A DNA stretch of 52,961 nucleotides from Candidatus Moraniibacteriota bacterium (GTDB lineage Bacteria; Patescibacteriota; Minisyncoccia; Moranbacterales; UBA2206): the NCBI GenBank assembly GCA_038203255.1, contig JBBREE010000003.1:1-52961 (forward strand), written 5' to 3'. A model generated the notes under the pieces. The model was not told the origin of the DNA. It saw nothing but the letters and a program-made list of their open reading frames with translations, and did no database searches. Positions 27,667 to 38,235 of the stretch are shown one piece after another. The position numbers and the translations under genes were made by a program. Within the stretch, counting starts at the first letter, position 1. The number at the start of each line of letters is the position of its first letter.

Positions 27667-28926
27667 ATGTCTAAAATCAAAAAAATATTTGCGAGGGAAA
27701 TTTTGGATTCGAGAGGGAATCCGACGGTGGAGGTGGAAATTGAATTGGAATCAGGGATAAAAACCAGTGCGGCGGTGCCAAGTGGGGCGTCCACTGGAAC
27801 CTACGAGGCTTTGGAGTTGCGCGATAATGATCAAAATCGCTATGGGGGCTTGGGCGTTTTAACGGCGGTGGAAAATATAAACACGAAAATTGCGGAAATG
27901 GTAGTTGGGATGGAAGTGAGTGAACAAGAGAAAATCGATAAAGCGATGATTAAATTAGATGGAACGGAGAATAAATCCAGTCTTGGAGCGAATGCTATTT
28001 TGGGTGTGTCTCTTGCCACCGCGCGTTCAGCTGCATTGGATGAAAATATACCACTCTACGCCTACATTAAAAAGACCTTTAAATTCTCCGGCAATAAATT
28101 TACTTTGCCGATGCCGATGTTTAATATTGTGAATGGAGGAAAACACAGTGACTCCGGACTTTCTATTCAGGAGTATAAGCTAGTGCCCAATGGCATTAAG
28201 ACCTTTAAAGAACAATTGCGCGCCGGGAGTGAAATTTTTCATGCTCTAGCTAAAATTTTGGAAAGTGAAGGCTATAGCGTTTCCGTAGGAGATGAAGGCG
28301 GTTTTGCACCTAAACTGGAAAGCAATGCTCAGGCACTGGAAGTGATTAATGCGGCGATTGTTAAGGCTGGGTATAAAAAAGGAGAGGAAGCTTCAATTGG
28401 AATCGACGCGGCGGCTAATTCTTTCTATGAAAAAGAAGAAGATCGCTATGTCTTTAAGCCGGAGAATTCTACGCTCACGCGCGAAATGTTGGTTAATATT
28501 TATAATGAATGGATTGCCAAATATAACGTGATTTCAATGGAAGATGGGCTGAACGAGGAAGACTGGGAAGGTTGGCGCAATATGAATGAAAAAATCGGTG
28601 GGAAAATTATGACTATTGGTGACGATTTGCTCGTGACTAACGTCAAACGTCTCAAAAAAGCCATTGCCGAAAAAGCGTGTAACTCGGTGCTCATTAAGGT
28701 CAATCAGATTGGGAGTCTCACTGAAACAATTGAATGCATCAAATTAGCTAAAAAGAATAAGATGAAAATTGTCATTTCACATCGCTCAGGTGAAACAACG
28801 GATGATTTCATTTCGGACTTGGCGGTGGGCGTGGGCGCGGAATATATGAAGTCGGGTTCGCTGTCGCGAGGAGAGCGGATTTGTAAATATAATAGATTGC
28901 TGAGGATTGAGGAAGAGCTAAGATAA
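27667..28926 (+). CDS. eno: Enolase
   Basis: DSRGNPTVE, PSGASTG, GDEGG, KVNQIG, SHRSGET. Confidence 0.98.
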   Translation: MSKIKKIFAREILDSRGNPTVEVEIELESGIKTSAAVPSGASTGTYEALELRDNDQNRYGGLGVLTAVENINTKIAEMVVGMEVSEQEKIDKAMIKLDGTENKSSLGANAILGVSLATARSAALDENIPLYAYIKKTFKFSGNKFTLPMPMFNIVNGGKHSDSGLSIQEYKLVPNGIKTFKEQLRAGSEIFHALAKILESEGYSVSVGDEGGFAPKLESNAQALEVINAAIVKAGYKKGEEASIGIDAAANSFYEKEEDRYVFKPENSTLTREMLVNIYNEWIAKYNVISMEDGLNEEDWEGWRNMNEKIGGKIMTIGDDLLVTNVKRLKKAIAEKACNSVLIKVNQIGSLTETIECIKLAKKNKMKIVISHRSGETTDDFISDLAVGVGAEYMKSGSLSRGERICKYNRLLRIEEELR

Positions 28927-28958
28927 TTTAAAATTTAGCCTTTTAAACTATTTTTCTA

Positions 28959-30515
28959 ATGTCTAAGATAAAATCACCAACACTTCTTGTAATATTAGAT
29001 GGTTACGGTATTGCGCCTCCGTCGAAATATAACGCGATTACTCTTTCCAAACGTCCGACATTGGATCGGCTTTTTGAGCTTTATCCGCATACTGAATTGG
29101 GAGCGACCGGTCAAGATGTGGGATTGGAGGATAATAAGATGAGTGGTTCAGAAGCTGGACATATGAATATCGGAGCTGGTCGAATCGTGCCTCAGGATTC
29201 CTACTATATTACTGAGAGCATCGAAAACGGTAGCTTTTTTACTAACCCAGTTCTTATCGGTGCCGTGCATCAAGCGCGAGATTTCGGGAGTAATTTACAT
29301 TTGATGGGACTTATGAGTGATGCAGACAGCCCTCACAGCGACCCGGATCATTTTAGGGCGATTTTGAAATTGGCGAAAAAAAATTCCGCAAAAGAAGTTT
29401 TCTGTCATCTTTTTACTGATGGACGAGATTCCTATCCAAGAAGCGCACAGATTCATCTCAAACGTTTCCAGAACATAATGAAGGAGGAAGGTATCGGCCG
29501 TATCGCAACACTCGCTGGACGTTTTTATGCTATGGATCGGTCTAAAAATTGGGATAGGCTTACTCGTGCTTACGAGGCCATCGCATATTCCAAGGGAGAA
29601 AAAGCTAATAGCCCAGAAGAGGCGATTGAAAAAGCGTATGCGACGGGACTTACTGACGAGTATCTGACGCCGACTGTTATTTATGATGGCAATGCTCCTA
29701 TGGCTAAATTAGGAGACAATGATAGTGTTATTTTTTTCAATTTACGGAGCGATAGAGCCAGGCAATTTACCAAACTCTTCGTAGCTTGTAGCAAAAACTG
29801 TCTTTTATTGGATGATATGCCTACCATTTCTCGAGTAGAAAATTTATACTTCGCAGCTCTTACTGACTTTGGACCGGACTTGGATGTGCATACTGTTTGG
29901 CGCGGGCACACCCTGGAAGGAACGTTGCCGATGGCAGTTGGGAAAATGAAACAGCTTTATATTGCTGAAACGGAAAAATTTGCTCACATTACATATTTTT
30001 TAAACGGAGGATATGCTGATCCGGTGGACGATGAGGAACGAGTGATGATTTCTTCACCCAAAATTGATTCTTATGCCAAAATTCCACAGATGGCGGCGGC
30101 GAAAATTACGAAACATTTAATGAATAGTTTACAAAAAGAAGCTTATGATTTTTACGCTGTGAATTTTGCTAATGCTGATATGGTGGGGCATACTGGAGAT
30201 TTAGCTGCTACAGTGAAAGCTTGTGGAATCTTAGATGATCAGATTAACATTTTAACCAAGGAAGTTTTGAATCGTGGAGGAAATTTACTCATCACGGCTG
30301 ATCATGGTAATGCAGAGGTAATGTTTGACGAAGTGGTGGGACAGGCCAACACGTTTCACACGAAAAATCCGGTGCCATTTCTTCTAGTGGGAGATAAATT
30401 TAAAAACAAGAAATTTTCTACTGGGGGAGTATTGGGCAATATTGCGCCGACTATTTTGGAAATATTGGAAATTGAAAAACCACAAGTGATGAAAAGTGAT
30501 TCGTTATTAAAATAA
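28959..30515 (+). CDS. gpmI: 2,3-BPG-independent phosphoglycerate mutase
   Basis: ILDGYG, SEAGH, DGRD, GRFYAMDR, ETEKFAH, NADMVGH, ADHGN. Confidence 0.96.
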   Translation: MSKIKSPTLLVILDGYGIAPPSKYNAITLSKRPTLDRLFELYPHTELGATGQDVGLEDNKMSGSEAGHMNIGAGRIVPQDSYYITESIENGSFFTNPVLIGAVHQARDFGSNLHLMGLMSDADSPHSDPDHFRAILKLAKKNSAKEVFCHLFTDGRDSYPRSAQIHLKRFQNIMKEEGIGRIATLAGRFYAMDRSKNWDRLTRAYEAIAYSKGEKANSPEEAIEKAYATGLTDEYLTPTVIYDGNAPMAKLGDNDSVIFFNLRSDRARQFTKLFVACSKNCLLLDDMPTISRVENLYFAALTDFGPDLDVHTVWRGHTLEGTLPMAVGKMKQLYIAETEKFAHITYFLNGGYADPVDDEERVMISSPKIDSYAKIPQMAAAKITKHLMNSLQKEAYDFYAVNFANADMVGHTGDLAATVKACGILDDQINILTKEVLNRGGNLLITADHGNAEVMFDEVVGQANTFHTKNPVPFLLVGDKFKNKKFSTGGVLGNIAPTILEILEIEKPQVMKSDSLLK

Positions 30516-30526
30516 TTTTAAAAAAA

Positions 30527-31567
30527 ATGAATAAAGTTATATGTTTTGGATCGGCCGGAAAGGATATGTTTTTTCCGACCACTGAAGGAGAAATAATTAA
30601 AACACCAAAAGATGTTTTGAGTCAAAGTAAAATAGCTTTCGAATTAGGAGCTAAAGTTAGAGTCAAAGAAAGAGAAGAATCTCTTGGTGGATGCGCAGCG
30701 AATGTAGCCGTCGGCCTTTCTCGCTTGGGATTAGAGGCTTTATGCGCTTCTAGCGTGGGTGATGATTCTATCGGAAATTGGATTAAGGAGGAATTGAAAA
30801 AAAATCTGGTGGACATAGATCTTATTTCGGTGTCCATAGGGAAGAGAAGTGATTTTTCAGCTATTGTGGTGGATGAAGGGACAGCTGATCGGGTTATTTT
30901 TACTAATTATACTTCTAGTGGAGAACTTAATTTGAAAAATCAAAAAATTTCCGAGGCCGACTGGTTTTTTGTTAGTGATTTACATGGTAAGTGGGAAGAT
31001 CAATTAGAAGCTATTTTTGAAAAGGCTAAGGCTGAAAATAAGAAAGTAGCTTTTAATCCGCGTGAAGCAGCTATACGTGAAGATTCAGCAGAGATCATTG
31101 AAGCTATCGGTCTTTGTGAAATTATTTTTGTGAATAAAGATGAAGCGATTGAAATTGTAGCCAACATGCAAGTCGGAGCTGATCCGGAAAATGTGAATAA
31201 CGAACAATTTCTTTTGCAAAAACTTAAAGGCTTAGATCCAAAGGTTGTAGTTTTAACAGATGGCACGCGGGGCGCTTGGGTGAGTAATGGAGAAAAAACC
31301 TTTCATGCTGAGGCGCAAAAAGTGGTGGCATTGGATTCTACCGGAGGCGGAGATTCTTTTGCGAGTGGTTTTTTAGCCGCTTATATTAAAGGTCATGACT
31401 TGAGTGAATGTTTAAAATGGGGCATTGCCAATAGCGCTTCGGAAGTGCAATTCTATGGTGCTATTGAGGGGTTACTTATGGAGGATGAAATGGTTAAAAA
31501 AAGTGGAGAAGTAGACACAAAAGAAATTATAATTAATATTTCCGATACTTCTGCTAAAGCAAAATAA
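30527..31567 (+). CDS. PfkB family carbohydrate kinase
   Basis: GGCAANVAVGLSRLG; DSTGGGDSFASG. Confidence 0.9.
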   Translation: MNKVICFGSAGKDMFFPTTEGEIIKTPKDVLSQSKIAFELGAKVRVKEREESLGGCAANVAVGLSRLGLEALCASSVGDDSIGNWIKEELKKNLVDIDLISVSIGKRSDFSAIVVDEGTADRVIFTNYTSSGELNLKNQKISEADWFFVSDLHGKWEDQLEAIFEKAKAENKKVAFNPREAAIREDSAEIIEAIGLCEIIFVNKDEAIEIVANMQVGADPENVNNEQFLLQKLKGLDPKVVVLTDGTRGAWVSNGEKTFHAEAQKVVALDSTGGGDSFASGFLAAYIKGHDLSECLKWGIANSASEVQFYGAIEGLLMEDEMVKKSGEVDTKEIIINISDTSAKAK

Positions 31568-31572
31568 AAAAT

Positions 31573-33669
31573 ATGAAAAAAGATTTAGAAAAACTTTTTA
31601 ACCCTAAAACAATCGCTGTGGTTGGCGCATCAGAAGAAATTGGTAAAGTGGGGGGTGTTATCGCGAAAAACCTACTTAATCTTGAATATGCCGGGGAAGT
31701 TTTTTTGGTCAATCCTAAGCACGCGAAAATCCTAGGTCAAAAAAGTTATTCGAGCTTAGCTGAAATAGAAAAAACAGTTGATTTGGCTATTTTAGCCATC
31801 CCGGCTAAGTTTGTGAACTCAGAGATTGAAAAAAATTCCGGAAAGATTAAAAATTATGTGGTCATTTCAGCCGGATTTGCTGAAACTGACGCGGAGGGCA
31901 AGGCGCGTGAAAAAGAATTGGTGAAGATTGCTGAAAAAAATAAGTTGAATATTTTGGGGCCGAATTGTTTGGGCTTTATTGTGCCAAGTTTAAAATTGAA
32001 TGCTTCTTTCGCTGGTGGGTTGCCTGAACCTGGAAATGTGGCTTTTGTTTCACAATCAGGCGCCCTAGCGGTGGCGCTTATGGATATCGCAGAGAAAGAG
32101 GGTATCGGATTTTCCAGTATAATTTCAGTTGGCAATAAAATGCAACTCGACGAATCAGAAATTTTAGAATATTTAGTGCGAGACGAAAAGACTAAGGTGA
32201 TCGGGATGTATTTGGAAGGAATAAAAAATGGTGAAAGATTCAAGGAAATTTCGCGTGTTGTTTCCTCGAAAAAGCCGGTCATTATTTTAAAAGCCGGGAA
32301 AAATGCGAAGACGCAACAGGCCATTTCTTCTCATACCGGAGCTTTAGCCGGAGATGATGAAATTATTTCGGCGGTTTTTAAAAAAAATGGAGTGATGCGA
32401 GCCAACGATTTGGAAGAATTTTTTAACCTGTTTAATCTTATCAGATACTCATCTGCGCCGGAAAAAAAAGGAGTGGTGGTAGTAACTAATGCCGGTGGGA
32501 TAGGCGTATTGACGGCGGATGCTTTTTCTAAAAAAAGTATAGATTTAGTAGAAATACCCGACACTGTTAAAAGAAAACTGCGGTCATTTTTGCCCGCAGA
32601 ATCTTCAGTGGAAAACCCAATAGACCTTTTAGGCGACGCTCAGGAAGACCGATATCAGAAAACATTGGAAATTGTTTCTAAGATAGAGTCTGTGGGAGCG
32701 ATTATCTGCGTGTTAACGCCACAAGATCAAACTCCAGTTATGGAAATTGCGCGTTCACTTATCGCTCTCAAGGATAAGACGAAAAAAACAATCGTCACTG
32801 TTTTTTTGGGCGGAACGAGAGTAGACGCGGCTCTAATCGAATTGAAAGAGCAAGGAATTTGTAACTTTAATTTCCCGGATCAGGCAGTCAACGCCCTAGA
32901 GGATTATTTTAATTGGAATGAATTCAGGAAAAGAAAGATGAGAAAAACTCAGCAATTGATTAATGCTAAAAGAAAAAGGAGAACGCTTTCTATCATCGAA
33001 AAAACATTATTAGAAAAGCGAACAGCTTTATATTTTTCGGAAAGTGCACGCGTAATGGAAATGTATGGTGTAAACACTGTCCCGTACCAGGAAATTTTTG
33101 AAGGAGACGATGCGAGCACTAAAAAACTAAGTAAGCTTAAAAATCCGGGATGTTCTTTTCCTGTAGTTTTAAAAGTTGACAGTGACAAGGTTTTGCATAA
33201 GACGGATAAAGCCGGAATTATTTTAGGAATTGAAAATGAAAATGATTTACAAACAGCACTAGAAAAGATGAAGTTTAATTTTCCCGGCGAGCGATTGATT
33301 ATTCAGCCGATGGTTCCTCGCGGAATGGAACTTATCATCGGGATAAAGCGCGATCCAAATTTTGGTCCGGTGGTGGTGTATGGGCTGGGAGGAATTTATA
33401 CGGAATTTTTGCGCCAAGTGGATTATCTAGTCCCCCCACTCTCGATAGTGCAGATTGAGGAATCTCTTAAGAAAGGGAAATTGGGATTTCTTTTCTCGGG
33501 AGCGCGCGGTCAGAAAAGTTATAATATCGAGGAATTGGCCAAAATTTTAGAAGGAATTATTCTTTTGGCTGCAGAGGTGCCTGAGGTTAGGGAGTTTGAT
33601 ATAAATCCGATAATTATGTATAATGATGGAAATAATACCTTGGCAGTAGACGTGAAAATAATGATATAA
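31573..33669 (+). CDS. Acetate--CoA ligase (ADP-forming), fused alpha/beta
   Basis: AVVGAS, GPNCLG, SQSGA, SHTGALAG, NPIDL, HKTDKAG, DPNFGP, DINP. Confidence 0.92.
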   Translation: MKKDLEKLFNPKTIAVVGASEEIGKVGGVIAKNLLNLEYAGEVFLVNPKHAKILGQKSYSSLAEIEKTVDLAILAIPAKFVNSEIEKNSGKIKNYVVISAGFAETDAEGKAREKELVKIAEKNKLNILGPNCLGFIVPSLKLNASFAGGLPEPGNVAFVSQSGALAVALMDIAEKEGIGFSSIISVGNKMQLDESEILEYLVRDEKTKVIGMYLEGIKNGERFKEISRVVSSKKPVIILKAGKNAKTQQAISSHTGALAGDDEIISAVFKKNGVMRANDLEEFFNLFNLIRYSSAPEKKGVVVVTNAGGIGVLTADAFSKKSIDLVEIPDTVKRKLRSFLPAESSVENPIDLLGDAQEDRYQKTLEIVSKIESVGAIICVLTPQDQTPVMEIARSLIALKDKTKKTIVTVFLGGTRVDAALIELKEQGICNFNFPDQAVNALEDYFNWNEFRKRKMRKTQQLINAKRKRRTLSIIEKTLLEKRTALYFSESARVMEMYGVNTVPYQEIFEGDDASTKKLSKLKNPGCSFPVVLKVDSDKVLHKTDKAGIILGIENENDLQTALEKMKFNFPGERLIIQPMVPRGMELIIGIKRDPNFGPVVVYGLGGIYTEFLRQVDYLVPPLSIVQIEESLKKGKLGFLFSGARGQKSYNIEELAKILEGIILLAAEVPEVREFDINPIIMYNDGNNTLAVDVKIMI

Positions 33670-33720
33670 ATTATCATAATATATAGATCCAATGACTCGT
33701 AGGCACGTGTCACAAAATCT

Positions 33721-34293
33721 ATGGATAAAAAGTCTATGGATAGAAAAATAAAAGTTTTAGTGGTAGATGACGATGACCCTATTCGGATGAACTATGCGGA
33801 TATTTTTAAATCAGGAGGCTTTGAAGTGATTGAAGCCTTAGATGGCTTGGATGGTTTGAATAAGGCGAGTACCGAAGCGCCTGATGTTATCTTTACCGGA
33901 ATTATTATGCCTAAATTGGATGGATTTTCCATGAAAGACGCTTTAGCAAAGAATGTGGCTACAGCTAACATCCCAGTTATGATGTTGTCGCATATGGGCC
34001 GTGAGGAGGATCGCAAGAAAGCTATTGAAATGGGAGTGAAAGAATTCTTTGTGCTGGGTATGATAACACCAAATGATTTATTAGAGAAAATTAATGCCCT
34101 ATTCAATTCTAGAAAGTATAATTTAAATTTTAATCCAGAGGCTCTGGATGCACAAAAAATAGTGGATGATTTCCATTTAAAACCAGGTTTCCAATGCGAA
34201 AAATGTGGAAAGCAGAAAGTTCTTTCCCTTGAATCTTCCGATGTGATAAATAATGAATTTAAGGCTCGTTTCGTTTGTCCTAATTGCAAATAA
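33721..34293 (+). CDS. Atypical receiver-domain protein with C-terminal zinc ribbon
   Basis: VLVVDDD receiver fold but IFTGIIMP (phospho-acceptor Asp replaced by Gly); CEKC...CPNC. Confidence 0.8.
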   Translation: MDKKSMDRKIKVLVVDDDDPIRMNYADIFKSGGFEVIEALDGLDGLNKASTEAPDVIFTGIIMPKLDGFSMKDALAKNVATANIPVMMLSHMGREEDRKKAIEMGVKEFFVLGMITPNDLLEKINALFNSRKYNLNFNPEALDAQKIVDDFHLKPGFQCEKCGKQKVLSLESSDVINNEFKARFVCPNCK

Positions 34294-34350
34294 TTCCCAC
34301 GAAATACGAATGTCTAGATTGCGAAATTTTTGAAAATAAAAATAATTACC

Positions 34351-34372
34351 AAAACAGGCCCAGCCTGTTTTT
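34351..34372 (+). terminator. Intrinsic terminator
   Basis: AAAACAGGC-cca-GCCTGTTTTT. Confidence 0.65.
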
Positions 34373-34393
34373 CGTAGTTTTATTTAGTTGCTT

Positions 34394-36106
34394 ATGAAAT
34401 GGTTGATTAAAAGTGAAAAAAAAGACGTAGGAAATTTTAAAGCTGGGAGATATCATTCGCTTATTTTGCAACTCTTGGCTAACCGAGGTATTTTAGAGGA
34501 GGATGAAATTGAGAATTATTTTAACTTTGATTATGAAAAATGCTTGGGAAATCCTTTCGAGATTATGGATATGGAAAAGACAGTGGCACGCATCGCAGAA
34601 GCTCTAGAAAAAAAAGAAAGAGTGGCGATTTATGGGGATTATGACGCAGATGGGGTGACAGCTACGGCGGTGCTGACGGAAACTTTGGCTGAATTGGGAT
34701 TTGAGGATGTTATTTATTATTTCCCCGATCGCCAGACCGAAGGGTATGGTCTAAATGAAAAAGCCGTGGAAATTTTGCATCAAAAAGGAGCTAACTTAAT
34801 TATTACGGTTGATTGTGGGATAACTAATGTAGCGGAAGTGGCCAAGGCAAAAAGTTTAGGGATGGAAGTGATTATAACGGATCACCACATCGCTCCTGAT
34901 AAGCTTCCGGCCGCTTATACGCTCATCAATCCTAATATCCCTGAGAGTGGATTCGAATTTAAATTTTTCGCCGGAGTCGGTGTGGCTTTTAAATTAGCCG
35001 TGGGTCTATATCAAAAAATGGCACCGGAAAAAATTGAACAGTTGAAATGGGTTTTAGATTTAGTGGCGATTGGGACAGTGGCTGATTGCGTGCCATTGCT
35101 ATCTGAAAATAGAACACTAGTGAAATATGGATTAGTGGTCCTTTCCAAGACTCGTCGGCCCGGACTTTTGGAAATTTTTAAAGTCGGGAAGATTAACATT
35201 TCAGAAGAAAAGATTCCAGACACGCACCAACTAGCTTTTCAAGTTGTGCCTCGTATCAACGCAGCCGGACGTATCGATCATGCTAGCGCTTCCTATGAAG
35301 TTCTGGTCGGGAACGACCCGGTTTCGGCGCGTATTTTGGCACTGGAATTGGAGGATAAGAATAAACAAAGACAAAAAATTACAGCTGAGATATTTCGTGA
35401 AGTACAAGTGTTGGCAGATAATTCTTTTAAGGATAGGAAATTTATTTTTGCTGAAAATGCTCATTGGCCGATAGGAGTCTTGGGATTAGTGGCTGGAAAG
35501 ATAACCTCGGAAACGGGCAAGCCTTCAATGATTTTGCAACGCCAAGAAGGAATTTATGCTGGGTCGCTTCGGAGTGTGCCGGAAGTTAACATTATGGAGG
35601 TTATGAAACGTTGCACCGATTTGACTGAAAGATTTGGCGGGCATTCTCAGGCGGCCGGAGTGCGGGTGCTTCCAGAAAATCTACAAGCTTTTTGTGAAAA
35701 GATGTCTAGAGAAGTGGAAAAAGAATTTGAAGGCAAAGAGGCAGTTAAGGAAATTGAAATTGACTGTGAAATTTCACCGGAAGAAATTGATTGGGAATTT
35801 ATTGGCGAACTTAAAAAAATGGAACCTTTCGGGCAAGGCAATCCCCAACCAATTTTTTGTGCCAGGCGGATGGTGGTGTGTGATTTGAAAATCGTGGGCA
35901 ATGGTCAAAAACATTTGAAACTCTCTTTGCGTGGGGAAGCTGGTTCGCCTAAAATTTTTGATGCTATTGGATTTTCAATGGCACAAAAATTTCCGGATCT
36001 TAAAAAAGATGATAAGATAGAGATAGTTTTCAATTTGGAAGAAGATGAGTGGAACGGAAACAAAAAGATGCAATTCAGACTGATTGATCTCAAAATAGTA
36101 AACTAA
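34394..36106 (+). CDS. recJ: ssDNA-specific exonuclease RecJ
   Basis: GDYDADG, EGYG, TVDCG, TDHH, GTVAD, PRINAAGR, GGH, EPFGQGN. Confidence 0.97.
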   Translation: MKWLIKSEKKDVGNFKAGRYHSLILQLLANRGILEEDEIENYFNFDYEKCLGNPFEIMDMEKTVARIAEALEKKERVAIYGDYDADGVTATAVLTETLAELGFEDVIYYFPDRQTEGYGLNEKAVEILHQKGANLIITVDCGITNVAEVAKAKSLGMEVIITDHHIAPDKLPAAYTLINPNIPESGFEFKFFAGVGVAFKLAVGLYQKMAPEKIEQLKWVLDLVAIGTVADCVPLLSENRTLVKYGLVVLSKTRRPGLLEIFKVGKINISEEKIPDTHQLAFQVVPRINAAGRIDHASASYEVLVGNDPVSARILALELEDKNKQRQKITAEIFREVQVLADNSFKDRKFIFAENAHWPIGVLGLVAGKITSETGKPSMILQRQEGIYAGSLRSVPEVNIMEVMKRCTDLTERFGGHSQAAGVRVLPENLQAFCEKMSREVEKEFEGKEAVKEIEIDCEISPEEIDWEFIGELKKMEPFGQGNPQPIFCARRMVVCDLKIVGNGQKHLKLSLRGEAGSPKIFDAIGFSMAQKFPDLKKDDKIEIVFNLEEDEWNGNKKMQFRLIDLKIVN

Positions 36107-36111
36107 TATTT

Positions 36112-36744
36112 ATGACCAATGCGAAAAACAAATGTATAATCTTTGATTTCGACGGCACTGTAGCCGATTCAAAAAAAGTTGTTTTTGGTATTGTTAATGT
36201 TTTGCTACAGCAAGAAGGAAGACTTAATTTGGATGAGGAATCTTTTAATAAATTAAGGGATATGTCTTCTTTGGACATTCTTAAGAGTTTCAATGTTCCT
36301 TGGTGGAAGTTGCCTTTTTTGATACGAAAAGCCAGACGCATGATGCGCGAGAAAATGGCGGATGTCTTTTTAATAGCGGGAATGGATTTGGTTTTGCACA
36401 CACTCAAAGAAAGGGGCTATGTATTGATACTCCTAACGTCGAATGCTAAGGAAAATACGCGGTCTTTTTTAGAACGACATGAGCTTTTGGTTTTCGATGG
36501 GCTCTATTGTGGTGTCGGTCTTTTCGGAAAAGCACGCGTGTTTAAAAAAGTCATTAAAAAATATAATTTAGTAGCTGAGGAGGTTTATTCCGTTGGCGAT
36601 GAGACACGCGATATTGAGGCAGCTAAAGAAGTTGGGTTTAAGAGTGTGGGAGTGACTTGGGGATTGGCTTCGAAAAATATCTTGGAAAAATTTAAGCCTG
36701 ATTATGTAGTGGAAAAACCGGAAGAATTATTAAAAATTTTTTAA
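36112..36744 (+). CDS. HAD-superfamily hydrolase (Gph-like)
   Basis: FDFDGT, TSN, VGDETRD, VTWG. Confidence 0.9.
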   Translation: MTNAKNKCIIFDFDGTVADSKKVVFGIVNVLLQQEGRLNLDEESFNKLRDMSSLDILKSFNVPWWKLPFLIRKARRMMREKMADVFLIAGMDLVLHTLKERGYVLILLTSNAKENTRSFLERHELLVFDGLYCGVGLFGKARVFKKVIKKYNLVAEEVYSVGDETRDIEAAKEVGFKSVGVTWGLASKNILEKFKPDYVVEKPEELLKIF

Positions 36745-36750
36745 ATAGTT

Positions 36751-37179
36751 ATGGAAAAGATTATAATGTACACAGACGGTGGGTCGCGCGGAAATCCCGG
36801 GCCGGCCGGGATTGGAGTTTATTTCGAAACGCTCGACAAAAAATATGGTGAGTGTATCGGAGAAGCGACTAATAATGTGGCGGAATATGCCGCGCTTATA
36901 AGCGGACTTAAAAAATTAAAGCAACTCTTAGGAAAAGAGAAAACTAAACAGTCTGAAATTGAATGCCGGTTAGACAGTGAATTAGTGGTTAAACAACTTA
37001 ATCACGAATATAAATTGAAAGAAGAGTATATTCAGAAAAACTTTATTGAGATTTGGAATTTGATGTTGGAGTTTAAAAGTGTTATATTTAAACATATACC
37101 GAGAGAAGAAAACAAAATTGCGGATGCGATGGTGAATGAAGCCCTTGACAATGAATGCAAACAAAAAAATTTATTTTAA
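36751..37179 (+). CDS. rnhA: Ribonuclease HI
   Basis: TDGGSRGNPG, TNNVAEY, DSELVVKQ, HIPREENKIAD. Confidence 0.93.
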   Translation: MEKIIMYTDGGSRGNPGPAGIGVYFETLDKKYGECIGEATNNVAEYAALISGLKKLKQLLGKEKTKQSEIECRLDSELVVKQLNHEYKLKEEYIQKNFIEIWNLMLEFKSVIFKHIPREENKIADAMVNEALDNECKQKNLF

Positions 37180-37188
37180 AAACAATTT

Positions 37189-38199
37189 ATGTTCAAAAAG
37201 AAAAAAACATACGTCATAATAATTTTGGTTTTGTCTATTATCTGGGGAGTATATTATTTCAAAAATAAAAAACCAGTTGTGAGTTACACGACGCAAAAAG
37301 CTGAGAAGGGAAATTTACTCAGGACAGTTTCAGTCACTGGGGAGATTATTGCGCCGGTGGAAGCGGACTTGTCATTTAAATTAAGCGGACAAATTGAAAC
37401 TTTGATGGCGGAGCTGGGCGATCGCATCGAGGTAGGACAAAAGATTGCTACGATTGATAAGGGTACGCTTCCTTCTCAATTAGCGGCCGCCAAGCAGGAA
37501 GTGACGGCGCAAAAGCAAACTTTAATCAATATGGAAAGGCGTAAGGATATTTATAATCACTTTCAGAAAGAAGCCCAAACAGCGGCTATTAAGGCGGCTG
37601 AGGAAAGAGTCTCTCAAGTGCAAACTAATATTGATGAGACTACTTTGTATTCGCCGATTGCCGGAACAGTGATTAAGAAAAATGTGGAAGTGGGCGAGAC
37701 GACTGTGGCTAATGCTGTGACATCTAATACATCCGTGGTGACCATCGCGTCTGATGGAGATTTTTTGACTGAAGTATCGGTGCCCGAGTCTGATATTGTG
37801 GACGTGGCTATTGGTCAAAAGGCTGAAGTGTCGTTGGATGCTTTACCATCTTCGGAAAAATTGTCCGCCATTGTATCGAAAATTGAACCGGCCTCGACTG
37901 TTATTCAAGATGTTGTTTATTATAAAATTAAGTTGCAGTTTAATCAGTCTGATGCGCGGCTCAAAGTGGGCATGAGTACAGACGTGAATATCAATACAGC
38001 TGAAAAAGATAATGTGATTATGATTCCGATGAGAGCGGTGAAAAACGATGGTGGAAATGACTATGTGGAAATTTTGAATGCAGATGGAATAACGACGAAA
38101 AAAGTGGATGTGAAGATTGGTATGAATGGGGACGATGGGATGGTGGAAGTTGCATCAGGACTAACCGGCGGAGAGAACGTGGTGATTTTGACAAATTAA
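37189..38199 (+). CDS. MacA-like periplasmic adaptor (membrane fusion protein)
   Basis: N-terminal TM, lipoyl-like LSFKLSG..VGQ, YSPIAGTV, LKVGMS, GLTGGE. Confidence 0.88.
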   Translation: MFKKKKTYVIIILVLSIIWGVYYFKNKKPVVSYTTQKAEKGNLLRTVSVTGEIIAPVEADLSFKLSGQIETLMAELGDRIEVGQKIATIDKGTLPSQLAAAKQEVTAQKQTLINMERRKDIYNHFQKEAQTAAIKAAEERVSQVQTNIDETTLYSPIAGTVIKKNVEVGETTVANAVTSNTSVVTIASDGDFLTEVSVPESDIVDVAIGQKAEVSLDALPSSEKLSAIVSKIEPASTVIQDVVYYKIKLQFNQSDARLKVGMSTDVNINTAEKDNVIMIPMRAVKNDGGNDYVEILNADGITTKKVDVKIGMNGDDGMVEVASGLTGGENVVILTN

Positions 38200-38210
38200 T
38201 CAGAACCACT

Positions 38211-38235
38211 GACCTGCCTCGCCGGCAGGCGGGTC
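38211..38235. repeat. GC-rich short palindrome (CCTGCCTGCCGGCAGGCAGG-like)
   Basis: GACCTGCCTCGCCGGCAGGCGGGTC in an AT-rich intergenic spacer. Confidence 0.7.
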
